From a virus (lineage: Duplodnaviria > Caudoviricetes), in the IMG/VR virus record IMGVR_UViG_3300025378_000011, positions 1 to 31,554 of that record: a DNA stretch of 31,554 bases. One strand, given 5' to 3'. Position numbers and translations under genes: made by a program. Of this stretch, positions 9,626 to 18,397 are shown piece after piece. Position 1 is the stretch's first letter, and each line of letters starts with the position of its first letter. The notes under the pieces are model-generated. The model ran no database searches. It was not told the DNA's origin and was given only the letters and a program-made list of their open reading frames with translations.

Positions 9626-9925
9626 ATGACATACGTAATTGACGACAATAATGTGTTTGCTATCAGTGTATTTAGCGATGGAGGTGATATTCCATTTCTT
9701 TACCAACCAACATACCCAAATGGTGACATTTTTGGTTCGCATGATGAAGCAGATAAATGGGCCAAGGCTTATGAGGTTTACGTTGTAAATCCAAATGGAC
9801 CATTCCCGCCTCAAAGCAAAGAAGAGGCAGTTAATGGAGTGCCAGCACCAGTAGCACCAGTTGTTGAAGCAACACCAGAGGTAACTCAGACCAATTCTGA
9901 TGTGACCGCTGAACCAACAGTCTAA
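9626..9925 (+). CDS. Small acidic protein, possible tail fibre chaperone
   Basis: SD AAGGA; QPTYPNGDIF...ADKWA motif; follows the propeller gene. Confidence 0.55.
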   Translation: MTYVIDDNNVFAISVFSDGGDIPFLYQPTYPNGDIFGSHDEADKWAKAYEVYVVNPNGPFPPQSKEEAVNGVPAPVAPVVEATPEVTQTNSDVTAEPTV

Positions 9926-9947
9926 TAAACAAATTTAAGGGAGTCTA

Positions 9948-12161
9948 GTGACTAGCGCATCTATTCACATTGCCGAGCGTCCAGTTGTACCAATTGGTCA
10001 CGCTTACGGCTCAAGCACAACATGGCAAAATGTTGATGTTTTTTATGATTGCGCTATTGGCGGACTCCCTTTTATGTTTGCCACAGATGAAAAGTATCCA
10101 TATTCTCGTTCGACAGCACCATATAGAAAACAACAGACAGATACCCAAAAAGAGCCTGGTGAGCAAAGTATCACTGGTTGGTGGCTTAGGTCACAATCTT
10201 CATTCCATTATGGAGCAGGTGCGCGCTTCCAAGAACCTATCATGGGCGAGAATGTCCAATACCGCTTTCATAAATCGGCTGGTGTTGAGGTATTTAATGC
10301 GGGTCGTGTAACGCTTCTCCCAGATGTAACCCAGATTAAAACTGTTACTAACACACCAATAATGATTTCAGCCAACTATCTTGGCGTAGACATGGTGTAT
10401 TTTGCAGATGGTTCCAACCTGTATATGTACAATGGAACTACCACAACCACCGTTAACTGGGGTGGAACTGGAAACATTTTTGACCTTACCCAAGACGGGC
10501 TTTACTGGTATGCCATCAACGCTACTGGCATTTATCGTGGTCTGCTTAATGGTGGTGCTGGTTCTATAATCTTTACCAACCCATCCACACTTGGCACGAT
10601 AACCGCTGGCAAACTTGGCTATGCCAAACAGCGCGTAATTGCTGGCATCAACAATGCCGTATATGAGGTTGTCCCAATCTCAACCCTCAACATTGTTGCC
10701 ACAAGTCTTGTATCCAACGTGGGCACAATTTGGACTGCTACCCCGCATAACTACAATGTAGGCTATCAGGTTACCCTTTCTGGTGGTTTGCTTAACGCCG
10801 CCTATGCTGGCATTTGGGTTGTAACCTCAATTACATCCCCAACCTCTTTTACCATTGCCCACACTAACGCAGATATTGCATACGCCTCTGGTACACTTGG
10901 CACATCCGTTATGGTCGCCAACAACAACGTGCCAATTTATCAACACCCATCCTCTACATGGGTTTGGACTGGAGTCTGTGATGGACCAAACGCAATCTAC
11001 GTCTCTGGCTATGCTGGAACCTCTGGGGCAATCTTTCGCCTCGCTCTTGACACCACTGGAGCAGTGCCACTGCTTAACAAAGCACTCACGGCGGCAGAAA
11101 TGCCACAAGGAGAGTATGTAACCGCCCTTGGCTCATACCTTGGCAAGTATCTGATTATCGGTACCAACAAGGGTGTGCGTGTTGGACAGATTGATACTTC
11201 TGGTTGGTTGTCGTCTGGCTACATCACCTACGGCCCCCTTTCCTTTGTCACATCTGGTTTTGACACCGTTACCAACAGCGTTCTTAATGGTTCGCCAGTT
11301 ACTAGCGTTGCTTTCCAAGACCGCTATGCCTACTGCACGGTAACAAACTACATTGACAATGGCGACGGAACATTCTGTTCTGGGTTGGTCAAGATTGACC
11401 TTTCCAAAGAGATTGCAACTAACCAATTTGGTTACGCAAGCCATCTTAGGACGCCAACCGTAACCGCCGCTTGTTCTGCCGTGGCAAGCCTTGGCAACAG
11501 CAATACGCTTATGTTCGGCATTTCTGGCGTAGGAATATACCAACAGTCTACAAATCTTGTGGCTAACGGATACCTTCAAATTGGACAAATTAGACAGTTT
11601 ACTCTTGAGGATAAACACTTTGAGTTGCTCAAATTGCGTATGCAGGCAAACCAACTTGGAACCCTTGTAACCTCAGTTGTGCGCCCAGACCAAACAGTTA
11701 TCCCGCTTATCAGCACAGATAACACCTTCGACTATACAGAAGACCTTACAGCAATTGATGCTCTCGACGATTCCCCTCAGCAATCAATTGGTCTTAGATT
11801 CCAGTTAACCGCTGGAAGCGGACAACAAGTTGGTACAGAAGATGTTTTCTTTGGATACCAACTCAAATCAATACCAGCAGTTAAGCGTCAACGTCTGATT
11901 CAACTTCCCCTGCTTAACTACAATTTTGGTAAAGATAGAAATAACAACAAAACGGGTTATATCGGTCAAGCCGATTACAACCGAGCAGCACTTGAAAACA
12001 TAGAAAATGATGGAGACGTAATCACTTATCAGGATTTTAGCACTGGTGAGCAAGTTCGTTGCATTATTGAAGAACAAAAATACACCAGAATCACCGCCCC
12101 AGATAGAGCCTTCTCTGGTGATGGTGGGGTTTTGTATTGCACTATCCGTACTGTCTCATAA
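9948..12161 (+). CDS. Probable tail nozzle / tail tubular protein B-like, 737 aa
   Basis: Beta-rich large protein; N-terminal EPGEQSITGWWLRSQSSFHYGAG; last gene of the tail block. Confidence 0.6.
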   Translation: MTSASIHIAERPVVPIGHAYGSSTTWQNVDVFYDCAIGGLPFMFATDEKYPYSRSTAPYRKQQTDTQKEPGEQSITGWWLRSQSSFHYGAGARFQEPIMGENVQYRFHKSAGVEVFNAGRVTLLPDVTQIKTVTNTPIMISANYLGVDMVYFADGSNLYMYNGTTTTTVNWGGTGNIFDLTQDGLYWYAINATGIYRGLLNGGAGSIIFTNPSTLGTITAGKLGYAKQRVIAGINNAVYEVVPISTLNIVATSLVSNVGTIWTATPHNYNVGYQVTLSGGLLNAAYAGIWVVTSITSPTSFTIAHTNADIAYASGTLGTSVMVANNNVPIYQHPSSTWVWTGVCDGPNAIYVSGYAGTSGAIFRLALDTTGAVPLLNKALTAAEMPQGEYVTALGSYLGKYLIIGTNKGVRVGQIDTSGWLSSGYITYGPLSFVTSGFDTVTNSVLNGSPVTSVAFQDRYAYCTVTNYIDNGDGTFCSGLVKIDLSKEIATNQFGYASHLRTPTVTAACSAVASLGNSNTLMFGISGVGIYQQSTNLVANGYLQIGQIRQFTLEDKHFELLKLRMQANQLGTLVTSVVRPDQTVIPLISTDNTFDYTEDLTAIDALDDSPQQSIGLRFQLTAGSGQQVGTEDVFFGYQLKSIPAVKRQRLIQLPLLNYNFGKDRNNNKTGYIGQADYNRAALENIENDGDVITYQDFSTGEQVRCIIEEQKYTRITAPDRAFSGDGGVLYCTIRTVS

Positions 12162-12169
12162 GGAATCTA

Positions 12170-12460
12170 ATGAATCTCAACTCCTGGGCCGACTGGGCCC
12201 TTATTTTGTCAGGCTTTGGCGCTTTTCTTGGCGGCCTTGGAACTGGCTTTCTTGTTGTTATCCGCCACGTGGTTGACAAGAAATTCGATATTGATGTAAA
12301 GCCAATCCTTGAAAACTTAACACACGCAGTCAAAGAACTCAAGCCTAACGGCGGTGGAAGTCTTAAAGACACCGTTAACAAGATTTGGGACACGGTTCAG
12401 GACCTTACAAAGACAGACGGTAATCACGAAGCACGATTGGACGCATTGGAGAAAGAGTGA
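12170..12460 (+). CDS. Single-TM membrane protein (holin-associated type)
   Basis: ATG 12170 after TAAGGA; N-terminal hydrophobic helix then ELKPNGGGSLKD and coiled coil, a pattern typical of actinophage lysis-region proteins. Confidence 0.65.
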   Translation: MNLNSWADWALILSGFGAFLGGLGTGFLVVIRHVVDKKFDIDVKPILENLTHAVKELKPNGGGSLKDTVNKIWDTVQDLTKTDGNHEARLDALEKE

Positions 12461-12759
12461 AGTTTTTTCACAAATTAGCAGACCTGGCCTCGTACTGGTT
12501 GGGAACACCCCAATCAATGCTTGCACACGCGCTATGGTGGTTAATTTGGTTTACTCTCCCCGTTGAGCCAAATCCGTACTCGCTTTTGACACTTATCGTC
12601 TCACTTGAGGCCATTATCATGTGTATATTGCTGTTGAACTCTGACGCACGCCAAGGTGAAAGAGACCGCAAAGCGGTCAAGAAAGACCTTGATGTTGACG
12701 TGGAGACGAACAAAACGGTTAACAAGATATGGGAGCATCTAAAGAATGACCGACTATAA
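12457..12759 (+). CDS. DUF1003-like membrane protein
   Basis: Two TM segments with PNPYSLLTLIVSLEAI...LNSDARQGERDR, matching the DUF1003 pattern as recalled. Confidence 0.65.
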   Translation: MKFFHKLADLASYWLGTPQSMLAHALWWLIWFTLPVEPNPYSLLTLIVSLEAIIMCILLLNSDARQGERDRKAVKKDLDVDVETNKTVNKIWEHLKNDRL

Positions 12760-13237
12760 ACCAAGACCTGGTGATTTGGGCATTGTCCGAACCAATGGTT
12801 TTGCAGCACGCTTAATCCAGTTAGGCACTCTGTCTAGGTGGAATCACGTATTTGTCTATATTGGCAATGGTTTAATTGTTGAGGCTACGCCTAGCGGCGT
12901 ACGCATTGGCTATGTCACACAGTACACCAACATTGTTTGGAACAAACATCAAATCTGGTATAACGAAGAAGAGAGCCGCGAGGCTATCGTTAAAGGAGCC
13001 TTTAAGGCTCTTGCCAAGCCATACAATTGGGTAAATATCCTCACAATTTTTTTCCGTATTATCGGACTCAAGGTCTTAGCCAATACCAAGTTGATGAAGA
13101 AACTGGCAGAGAAAGATGGCTACATCTGCTCTGAACTTGCCGAGGAACTTTATGTCAATACGGGCAATGCGCTCGTAACCAAACTTGCTGGGGTTACAAC
13201 CCCTGGCGACCTTATCGAAGCGGTGGTGTTCATGTGA
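12746..13237 (+). CDS. Permuted papain-like (YiiX/YebB, NlpC/P60) amidase or peptidase
   Basis: PGDL...WNHVFVY...IVEA...PYNW...ICSELA...TPGDL, with His preceding Cys. Confidence 0.8.
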   Translation: MTDYKPRPGDLGIVRTNGFAARLIQLGTLSRWNHVFVYIGNGLIVEATPSGVRIGYVTQYTNIVWNKHQIWYNEEESREAIVKGAFKALAKPYNWVNILTIFFRIIGLKVLANTKLMKKLAEKDGYICSELAEELYVNTGNALVTKLAGVTTPGDLIEAVVFM

Positions 13238-13746
13238 CCGAAGTAATTTTAAGCAACCCAGGCAACTGGAGTGTTAACCGAGATGGCCATAAAATCATTC
13301 GTGGATATTTCCATAGAACCGCAGTAAAGGGCGATACAGCCGTTGGCGAGGGCGAGTACTTTCACAACCATTGCGTCAAGGCTTCATTTGACTTTGTAAT
13401 TGACCTTAATGGCAAGGCTATTGAATCTGTCATGCCAAAAGACACAGCATGGGCTGTAAACGAGTGGGACGAGAACGAAATCTCTGTATCCATTGAGTTT
13501 ACTGGTTTGAACGGTACACCGCTTACAATGGCCCAGATTAACGGAGCAATCCAAGCAATCAACCAAGAGACAAACCTTCGTCGTATCGCAAAGCACAGAC
13601 TCTCCATTTCTGAGATTCCACAACGCCTTGTATCTGGCTGGGGTAACCACAAAGATGTTACCGTAGCCTACAACATTGCTGGTGGACACACAGACGGTAT
13701 TACAGAAACAGAAATACAAGCCATTTTCAATGGCATAGTGAACTAG
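13234..13746 (+). CDS. N-acetylmuramoyl-L-alanine amidase (Amidase_2-like endolysin)
   Basis: FHRTA, ASFDFVID, DTAWA, SVSIEF, GNHKDV, HTDG; Zn ligands H/H/D. Confidence 0.8.
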   Translation: MTEVILSNPGNWSVNRDGHKIIRGYFHRTAVKGDTAVGEGEYFHNHCVKASFDFVIDLNGKAIESVMPKDTAWAVNEWDENEISVSIEFTGLNGTPLTMAQINGAIQAINQETNLRRIAKHRLSISEIPQRLVSGWGNHKDVTVAYNIAGGHTDGITETEIQAIFNGIVN

Positions 13747-13754
13747 GGGAAACC

Positions 13755-14048
13755 ATGAAGAAAACAATTATCTATTCGTACTTACGCCATTTGGCTGTTG
13801 GTGCTTACTTGGCCGCTCGCGCCTATACAAGCGCTAAGGGTATTTCAATTACCTCATTTTCAAAGGGTGAGTTAATCTGGACCGCTCAGGCAGTTTGGGC
13901 AGCGGCAGTACCACAAATCCGCCATACTGTTCCAGCATTTGTGAATCTCTACCTCAAGAAGAAGTTTCCAGCCCTTGGCATTACCTTGAAGGATTTGGAA
14001 TTTTCCGCATCTCAACCAGATGTTGAAACAGACCAAGCGGGCAAATGA
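13755..14048 (+). CDS. Possible holin
   Basis: 97 aa; SYLRH start and two moderately hydrophobic segments; follows the endolysin. Confidence 0.5.
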   Translation: MKKTIIYSYLRHLAVGAYLAARAYTSAKGISITSFSKGELIWTAQAVWAAAVPQIRHTVPAFVNLYLKKKFPALGITLKDLEFSASQPDVETDQAGK

Positions 14049-14716
14049 CCGCTATCCAAATAACCACAGATGTCCTCAGTAACGGTGACCTTGGAGAGTT
14101 GACCCTTGCGGTACAGCATTTTGTACCCAAGATTACAACAGCAGTGGGAAAGCCAGCCGTTACGGTCAGCACCACGGCATCTCCAGAGGCTTGGGTTGTT
14201 CATCTAACCGAAGCAAATCGTAAGATTGGTGCTAGTGGTTACCACATAAGCATCAATGGCGTCCCAGTGGCATATTGCTCCCCAAGAGCCGCTGGACGCC
14301 TTTACGGTCACTACATCCCCGCATTGTGGACAAAAGCCACAATTGTCAAAGGCAAGGTAATTGTCCCAGCCCGTCTAGTACATGGAGAGTTATTCACTCC
14401 TGGCCTAATCACGGTTGTTTGCCACGAGATAGCAGAGATGCTTGCAGATGGCAATGTTGAGACCTATACCCAGCCTAACGCTAAGGGCGAAGAGTGGCTC
14501 CTAGAGCCGTGCGATTGGGTTTTTGGGCAGTATTTCCAAGAGACCATCAATGGTACAGTCTGCGTCTATCCGAACGTAGCATTGGATGCCTACCACACGC
14601 TTGGTGCTCCTGGTCCGTATGACCTGATTGGCAAGATAACTGCTCCTTTCCAGTTAATCAAGCCAGCCTACGCATACAAGAAATCCCCAACTGGTCCAGT
14701 ACCAGTGGTCTACTGA
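14045..14716 (+). CDS. Hypothetical protein with zincin-like HE..E motif
   Basis: SGYH...TVVCHEIAEMLAD...EPCDWV; coupled by ATGA overlap. Confidence 0.55.
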   Translation: MTAIQITTDVLSNGDLGELTLAVQHFVPKITTAVGKPAVTVSTTASPEAWVVHLTEANRKIGASGYHISINGVPVAYCSPRAAGRLYGHYIPALWTKATIVKGKVIVPARLVHGELFTPGLITVVCHEIAEMLADGNVETYTQPNAKGEEWLLEPCDWVFGQYFQETINGTVCVYPNVALDAYHTLGAPGPYDLIGKITAPFQLIKPAYAYKKSPTGPVPVVY

Positions 14717-14754
14717 ATACCCTTAAAACGCCCCAGAATCGGTTTTAAGGCCAC

Positions 14755-14796
14755 AAAGAAGCCCCACCAAGGTAATCCCTTGGATGGGGCTCTTTT
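14755..14796. terminator. Bidirectional intrinsic terminator
   Basis: AAAGAA-GCCCCACCAAGG-TAATC-CCTTGGATGGGGC-TCTTTT between convergent genes. Confidence 0.85.
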
Positions 14797-14808
14797 GTCG
14801 TCTCTGGA

Positions 14809-15165
14809 CTAGAAGTTTCTATTGGCAAATGGGTAGATTCTTAGTGTGACATCTGAGGTTGCGGCATAGTTTTTGAGTTCCTCTGCAAGTTGTTCACGTT
14901 CTAAAAATGCTTGTGTTAGCACTTGAATATCCCGATTTTCTCGGTTGATTTCCCACTCGGTTCTGTTCATTTCCACTTCATCTTCACGGTCTTCGTATTC
15001 AAGACCATCGTTAAATCCTTGTTGGTAGCCTTGATTTAAGCCAAATTTGTTGCCTATTACCCATCCCCTTTCATGGCCTATTGAATAGGCCGATGATGTT
15101 CGCAATCTAATTTCTTCTTTCACAAAGAAGGAATTAAGTATCCAGTTTTTAACAAGATTTGACAT
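14809..15165 (-). CDS. Hypothetical protein with GxxxG repeats, 118 aa
   Basis: Start moved to ATG 15165 after SD AGGAG; own promoter and terminator; GLNQGYQQGFNDG repeat. Confidence 0.7.
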   Translation of the reverse strand: MSNLVKNWILNSFFVKEEIRLRTSSAYSIGHERGWVIGNKFGLNQGYQQGFNDGLEYEDREDEVEMNRTEWEINRENRDIQVLTQAFLEREQLAEELKNYAATSDVTLRIYPFANRNF

Positions 15166-15262
15166 CTGAAATCTCCTATATATAATGGGAACCAAACAGG
15201 TTCCCTATCTGATATCTATACGGAGACGGCCCCAAAGCCGTCTCCTATATCTCTTATATTTA

Positions 15263-15292
15263 ATTATACACACAACCCAAACGGGTTGTCAA
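15263..15292 (-). promoter_or_regulatory. Leftward housekeeping-sigma promoter
   Basis: Minus strand TTGACA(15292-87)-N18-TATAAT(15268-63). Confidence 0.8.
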
Positions 15293-15301
15293 ATATTGGT
15301 C

Positions 15302-15317
15302 GTCGGGCGTGCCCGAC
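15302..15317. repeat. 16-bp palindrome copy 1 (GTCGGGCGTGCCCGAC)
   Basis: Lies between the two divergent -35 elements; one of five copies. Confidence 0.9.
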
Positions 15318-15337
15318 AGTAATTCTTATAGCGTAAT

Positions 15338-15366
15338 TTGACAACAACCAAACACTGTGTCAGACT
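15338..15366 (+). promoter_or_regulatory. Rightward promoter giving a probable leaderless mRNA
   Basis: TTGACA(15338-43)-N17-CAGACT(15361-66) with TGn extension; ATG 15373 is 6 nt downstream with no SD. Confidence 0.7.
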
Positions 15367-15372
15367 ACCGCC

Positions 15373-15567
15373 ATGACAGTACAAATTGACAACGAAGCAC
15401 CATTACCAGAATACGCAAGTTACTCCGCAATCACCTCATACCTAGCCTGTGGTTGGGCTTACTACCTTGGACGCATGCTCAAACTCAAGGGACCAGATTC
15501 GGTTTGGTCCGTAGGGGGTTCAGCCTTCCACCTAGCGGCGGAAAATTATGACCGAAGCACCGTTTGA
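15373..15567 (+). CDS. Cas4/RecB-like PD-(D/E)XK nuclease, N-terminal part
   Basis: SYSAITSYLACGWAYYL...GGSAFHLAAE, the N-terminal S...C...G..H motif of AddB/Cas4-type nucleases. Confidence 0.8.
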   Translation: MTVQIDNEAPLPEYASYSAITSYLACGWAYYLGRMLKLKGPDSVWSVGGSAFHLAAENYDRSTV

Positions 15568-15763
15568 CCTTGAACTTTACTGGGGTCCAGAGGATGGTAT
15601 TCTCATGGAGTTACCCAAAATCAAGAGTCCAATTGGCATAGATAGACCTGAAACGGTCTACATCAACAACTCGGTCTACAAGATTTTCAAAGCAAGTGAG
15701 TTCCCAAATTTAGCGCCCCAAAATGGGGTAACACACATTGGAGTTTATTTTGACACAGCATGA
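15548..15763 (+). CDS. Hypothetical 71-aa protein inserted between the two nuclease parts
   Basis: ORF overlaps both neighbours; WGPEDG motif. Confidence 0.6.
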   Translation: MTEAPFDLELYWGPEDGILMELPKIKSPIGIDRPETVYINNSVYKIFKASEFPNLAPQNGVTHIGVYFDTA

Positions 15764-16376
15764 GCAGTTATGGAAAGAGGCTTGGAAAGTCTGCCTAGGT
15801 GATAAAGACCTAAAGACAGCCAAGGTTGGTGGTCGTGCTACCAAGGCTAATCCCAACAAGGAAGACGTCAAGTGGTGGAACGAGCAAGGTCCAAATTTTG
15901 TGTTGGATTACATTGAGTGGCGTAACGATAATCCACATTGGAAAATCTGGACAACGCCAGACGGGCGTCCAGCAATCGAACTAGAACTTGAAGTGCCTAT
16001 TGCCGATATCCAAATCAAGTGCATCATTGACCGCATCTTTGAGGTTGACGGCAAGTTGGTCATCATTGACCTAAAGACATCTTCAAGCGAGCAGTATCTA
16101 TCATCACTCCAACTTGGTTTTTACAAGTTGGCTATCGAGATTGCTTACGGAGTAGAGGTCCGTTATGGCAATTTCTACATGGCCCGCAAGGCCGACCTGT
16201 CAGACTGGATTGATTTGTCAGATTACAACTACGAGAAACTTTCGTTTTTGGTAGCGCAATTTGACAAAGCCAGAAAGTCTGGTATCTTTATACCTAACCA
16301 AACAAATTGCAAACTCTGTGACTTTAATCAGGTCTGTGATTTTTCTACAAAGAAGGAGACAAAAGTTGATAGATGA
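15750..16376 (+). CDS. Cas4/RecB-like PD-(D/E)XK nuclease, catalytic C-terminal part
   Basis: TTG 15750 after GGAG; AIELEL, IIDRI, IIDLKT, QLGFY, C-terminal CKLCDFNQVC. Confidence 0.85.
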   Translation: MTQHEQLWKEAWKVCLGDKDLKTAKVGGRATKANPNKEDVKWWNEQGPNFVLDYIEWRNDNPHWKIWTTPDGRPAIELELEVPIADIQIKCIIDRIFEVDGKLVIIDLKTSSSEQYLSSLQLGFYKLAIEIAYGVEVRYGNFYMARKADLSDWIDLSDYNYEKLSFLVAQFDKARKSGIFIPNQTNCKLCDFNQVCDFSTKKETKVDR

Positions 16377-16590
16377 CGCAACCATGGGTGAGTTAATTGA
16401 GGCTTGGGATAAGGGCCTTATCACCCGTGACGAGTTTAGGTCTTTCATAGGCCTTCATACGCGCCCAGTACCAATGCCTGGTACTAGCGCACCTAACGAA
16501 TCTCACCAACCACCATACGGAATTGTTTTTAGCACACCAGTTCGATTTGGTGGATTTGCTGCAGACGACAACCGAGATAGAGGGTACTAA
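16366..16590 (+). CDS. Hypothetical protein with SHOCT-like GLITRDEF motif
   Basis: Start moved to TTG 16366 after AAGGAG. Confidence 0.55.
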   Translation: MIDDATMGELIEAWDKGLITRDEFRSFIGLHTRPVPMPGTSAPNESHQPPYGIVFSTPVRFGGFAADDNRDRGY

Positions 16591-16976
16591 TGGCTGAGGA
16601 TTGGAAGTTACAAGTAAGTTTTAAGGTTGGTCAGGACATGATTAACGTCCGTGCCAACACTGGTGCCGAGTTGGCTATTCTGCTTGGTGACATTTCAGAG
16701 GACGAGTTGGCTACGCAAATTGCGGCTGTTGCAAAGCAGTTGAACGGTGCGTCAACACTTGCCCCTTTATCAACGGGTGGTTCCACTCAAAGCCAGGCGC
16801 CTCAAGCGCCATCAGGAACGGGTTGGGCACCACCAGTGTCAAATACACCAGTACCAACGTGCGTCCACGGCGCGCGAATCTACAAGTCGGGAACTTCGTC
16901 AAAGACGGGGAAGCCTTACGCGTTCTGGAGTTGCCCACTTCCACAGGGCCCAGAGCAGTGCAAGCCAGCAAACTAA
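16590..16976 (+). CDS. Replication-module protein with C-terminal CxH...C...C Zn ribbon
   Basis: CVHGARIYKSG...KPYAFWSCP...QC; Pro/Ala linker; located between nuclease and helicase. Confidence 0.7.
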   Translation: MAEDWKLQVSFKVGQDMINVRANTGAELAILLGDISEDELATQIAAVAKQLNGASTLAPLSTGGSTQSQAPQAPSGTGWAPPVSNTPVPTCVHGARIYKSGTSSKTGKPYAFWSCPLPQGPEQCKPAN

Positions 16977-17012
16977 TAGACCAACCAATGTTCTAGGAGA
17001 AAGGGGTAAGAC

Positions 17013-17798
17013 ATGAAGACATTAACTCGTTCTGTTGGGCGAGCATCAATCGGTGGCGAGCCCCTTCCTTCTTGCTATAACGCATTTGACAGTCAGCAGA
17101 TTGTCTTGCGTCGCTCGGAACTGTCGGTTATCGCCGCTGTTCCTGGTGCTGGTAAGTCTATGTTGGCCCAAGCGCTTGCGCTTAAAATGAAGGTTCCAAC
17201 CCTATACATCTGTGCGGACTCAAGCGCACACACAATGGCAATGCGTTTAGCATCCATGATAACCAATAAGTCGCAGACAGATGTAGAGCGGTTGTTAACA
17301 GAGGACGTGGGTTGGACTCGTTCTGTACTGGCAAGGGGAAGCCATATACAGTGGTCTTTTGAGTCCAGTCCATCCCTTGAAGATATTGCCGAAGAGGTAA
17401 AAGCATTTGAAGAAGTATGGGGCCAAGCCCCAGAGTTGATTGTGATTGACAACCTGATGGACGTAGCCACCGACGGTGGCGAAGAGTTTGCCTCTATGCG
17501 TGCCATTATGAAAGAGTTGAAGTATTTAGCCCGTGCGACAAACGCCGCCGTACTAGTTCTTCATCATACCTCCGAGGCGGTGCAGGGGACCCCTTGTCAA
17601 CCTCGGTCAGCCCTCCAAGGCAAAGTAGCGCAACTACCTGCCTTGATACTGACACTCGGACAGGTGGGTACCACACTTGCAGTAGCGGTGGTGAAGAACA
17701 GGTACGGGCGCGCAGACGCCAACGGAACATCTGTAATGGCATACCTTGCCTTCAACGGTGAGTATTGCTACGTCAACGACATACCAGAGAACGCGTGA
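17013..17798 (+). CDS. DnaB-like (SF4) helicase, ATPase domain only
   Basis: Walker A AVPGAGKS, Walker B LIVIDNL, VLHH, VVKNRYG. Confidence 0.9.
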   Translation: MKTLTRSVGRASIGGEPLPSCYNAFDSQQIVLRRSELSVIAAVPGAGKSMLAQALALKMKVPTLYICADSSAHTMAMRLASMITNKSQTDVERLLTEDVGWTRSVLARGSHIQWSFESSPSLEDIAEEVKAFEEVWGQAPELIVIDNLMDVATDGGEEFASMRAIMKELKYLARATNAAVLVLHHTSEAVQGTPCQPRSALQGKVAQLPALILTLGQVGTTLAVAVVKNRYGRADANGTSVMAYLAFNGEYCYVNDIPENA

Positions 17799-17802
17799 GG
17801 AT

Positions 17803-18084
17803 ATGACAGCCAAAAAGAAACCGCCAGTAATTGACATGAAGGCTTTTCAAGCCGTATTTGTTGAGGCAGAGCAAGTGATGAAAGCAAACCTAGTAAAACT
17901 TATTAAGTCTCGTCTTGATAAGGAAACCAATTTTGATGCCAGAATGGCATATAAAATCTGTATTAAACTAATAGAAACGGGTACGTTAGATGATGTTATT
18001 GCTGTTGATTCTGTGGTTCCTGAAACGAGCATAGATGGTAACGAGAGCGACACACAAGGCACGGGGAGCGGGGTACGAAATTGA
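17803..18084 (+). CDS. Hypothetical protein
   Basis: Start moved to ATG 17803 after GAGG; fills the gap in the operon. Confidence 0.6.
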   Translation: MTAKKKPPVIDMKAFQAVFVEAEQVMKANLVKLIKSRLDKETNFDARMAYKICIKLIETGTLDDVIAVDSVVPETSIDGNESDTQGTGSGVRN

Positions 18085-18397
18085 CACAAGGGACGAGTTC
18101 AGAGCAAGAGGCTACTCAGCCGAAAGGTTGGCTAGAGCGGGCTCCAAGGATGAAGGTGACGTTTCAGTATCCAAGTGGCTCCAACGAGAACACGTGGTTA
18201 TCGAATGTAAAGCCCCAGGAAGTTCGGGACGTATTGACCTACCTGGATGGCTTAGAGAAGCAAGCCGCGAACGAGGTTTCTACGCTAAGGCGCGCGGTCT
18301 CAGCGAAACTAGCGTCTTACCAGTAGTCTTGATTAAAGCGAGAGGAAAATCTTTTGAAGATTCATATTTGGTCATACGACTTGGGGATGTGTTGTGA
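18035..18397 (+). CDS. Holliday junction resolvase (PD-(D/E)XK type)
   Basis: KARGAGYE, DEGDV, VIECKA, WLREA. Confidence 0.8.
   Translation: MVTRATHKARGAGYEIDTRDEFRARGYSAERLARAGSKDEGDVSVSKWLQREHVVIECKAPGSSGRIDLPGWLREASRERGFYAKARGLSETSVLPVVLIKARGKSFEDSYLVIRLGDVL

Noticed and set aside
85-14460. Many antisense and alternate-frame ORFs over the structural genes, and + strand ORFs over the early arm
   Set aside because: They lie within well-supported genes, and lack SD sites and recognisable motifs; treated as shadow ORFs.
15568-15749. Self-splicing intron or intein interrupting the nuclease
   Set aside because: Only about 180 nt, fully occupied by an ORF, with no recognisable group I/II core or intein motifs; the downstream part has its own SD and start.
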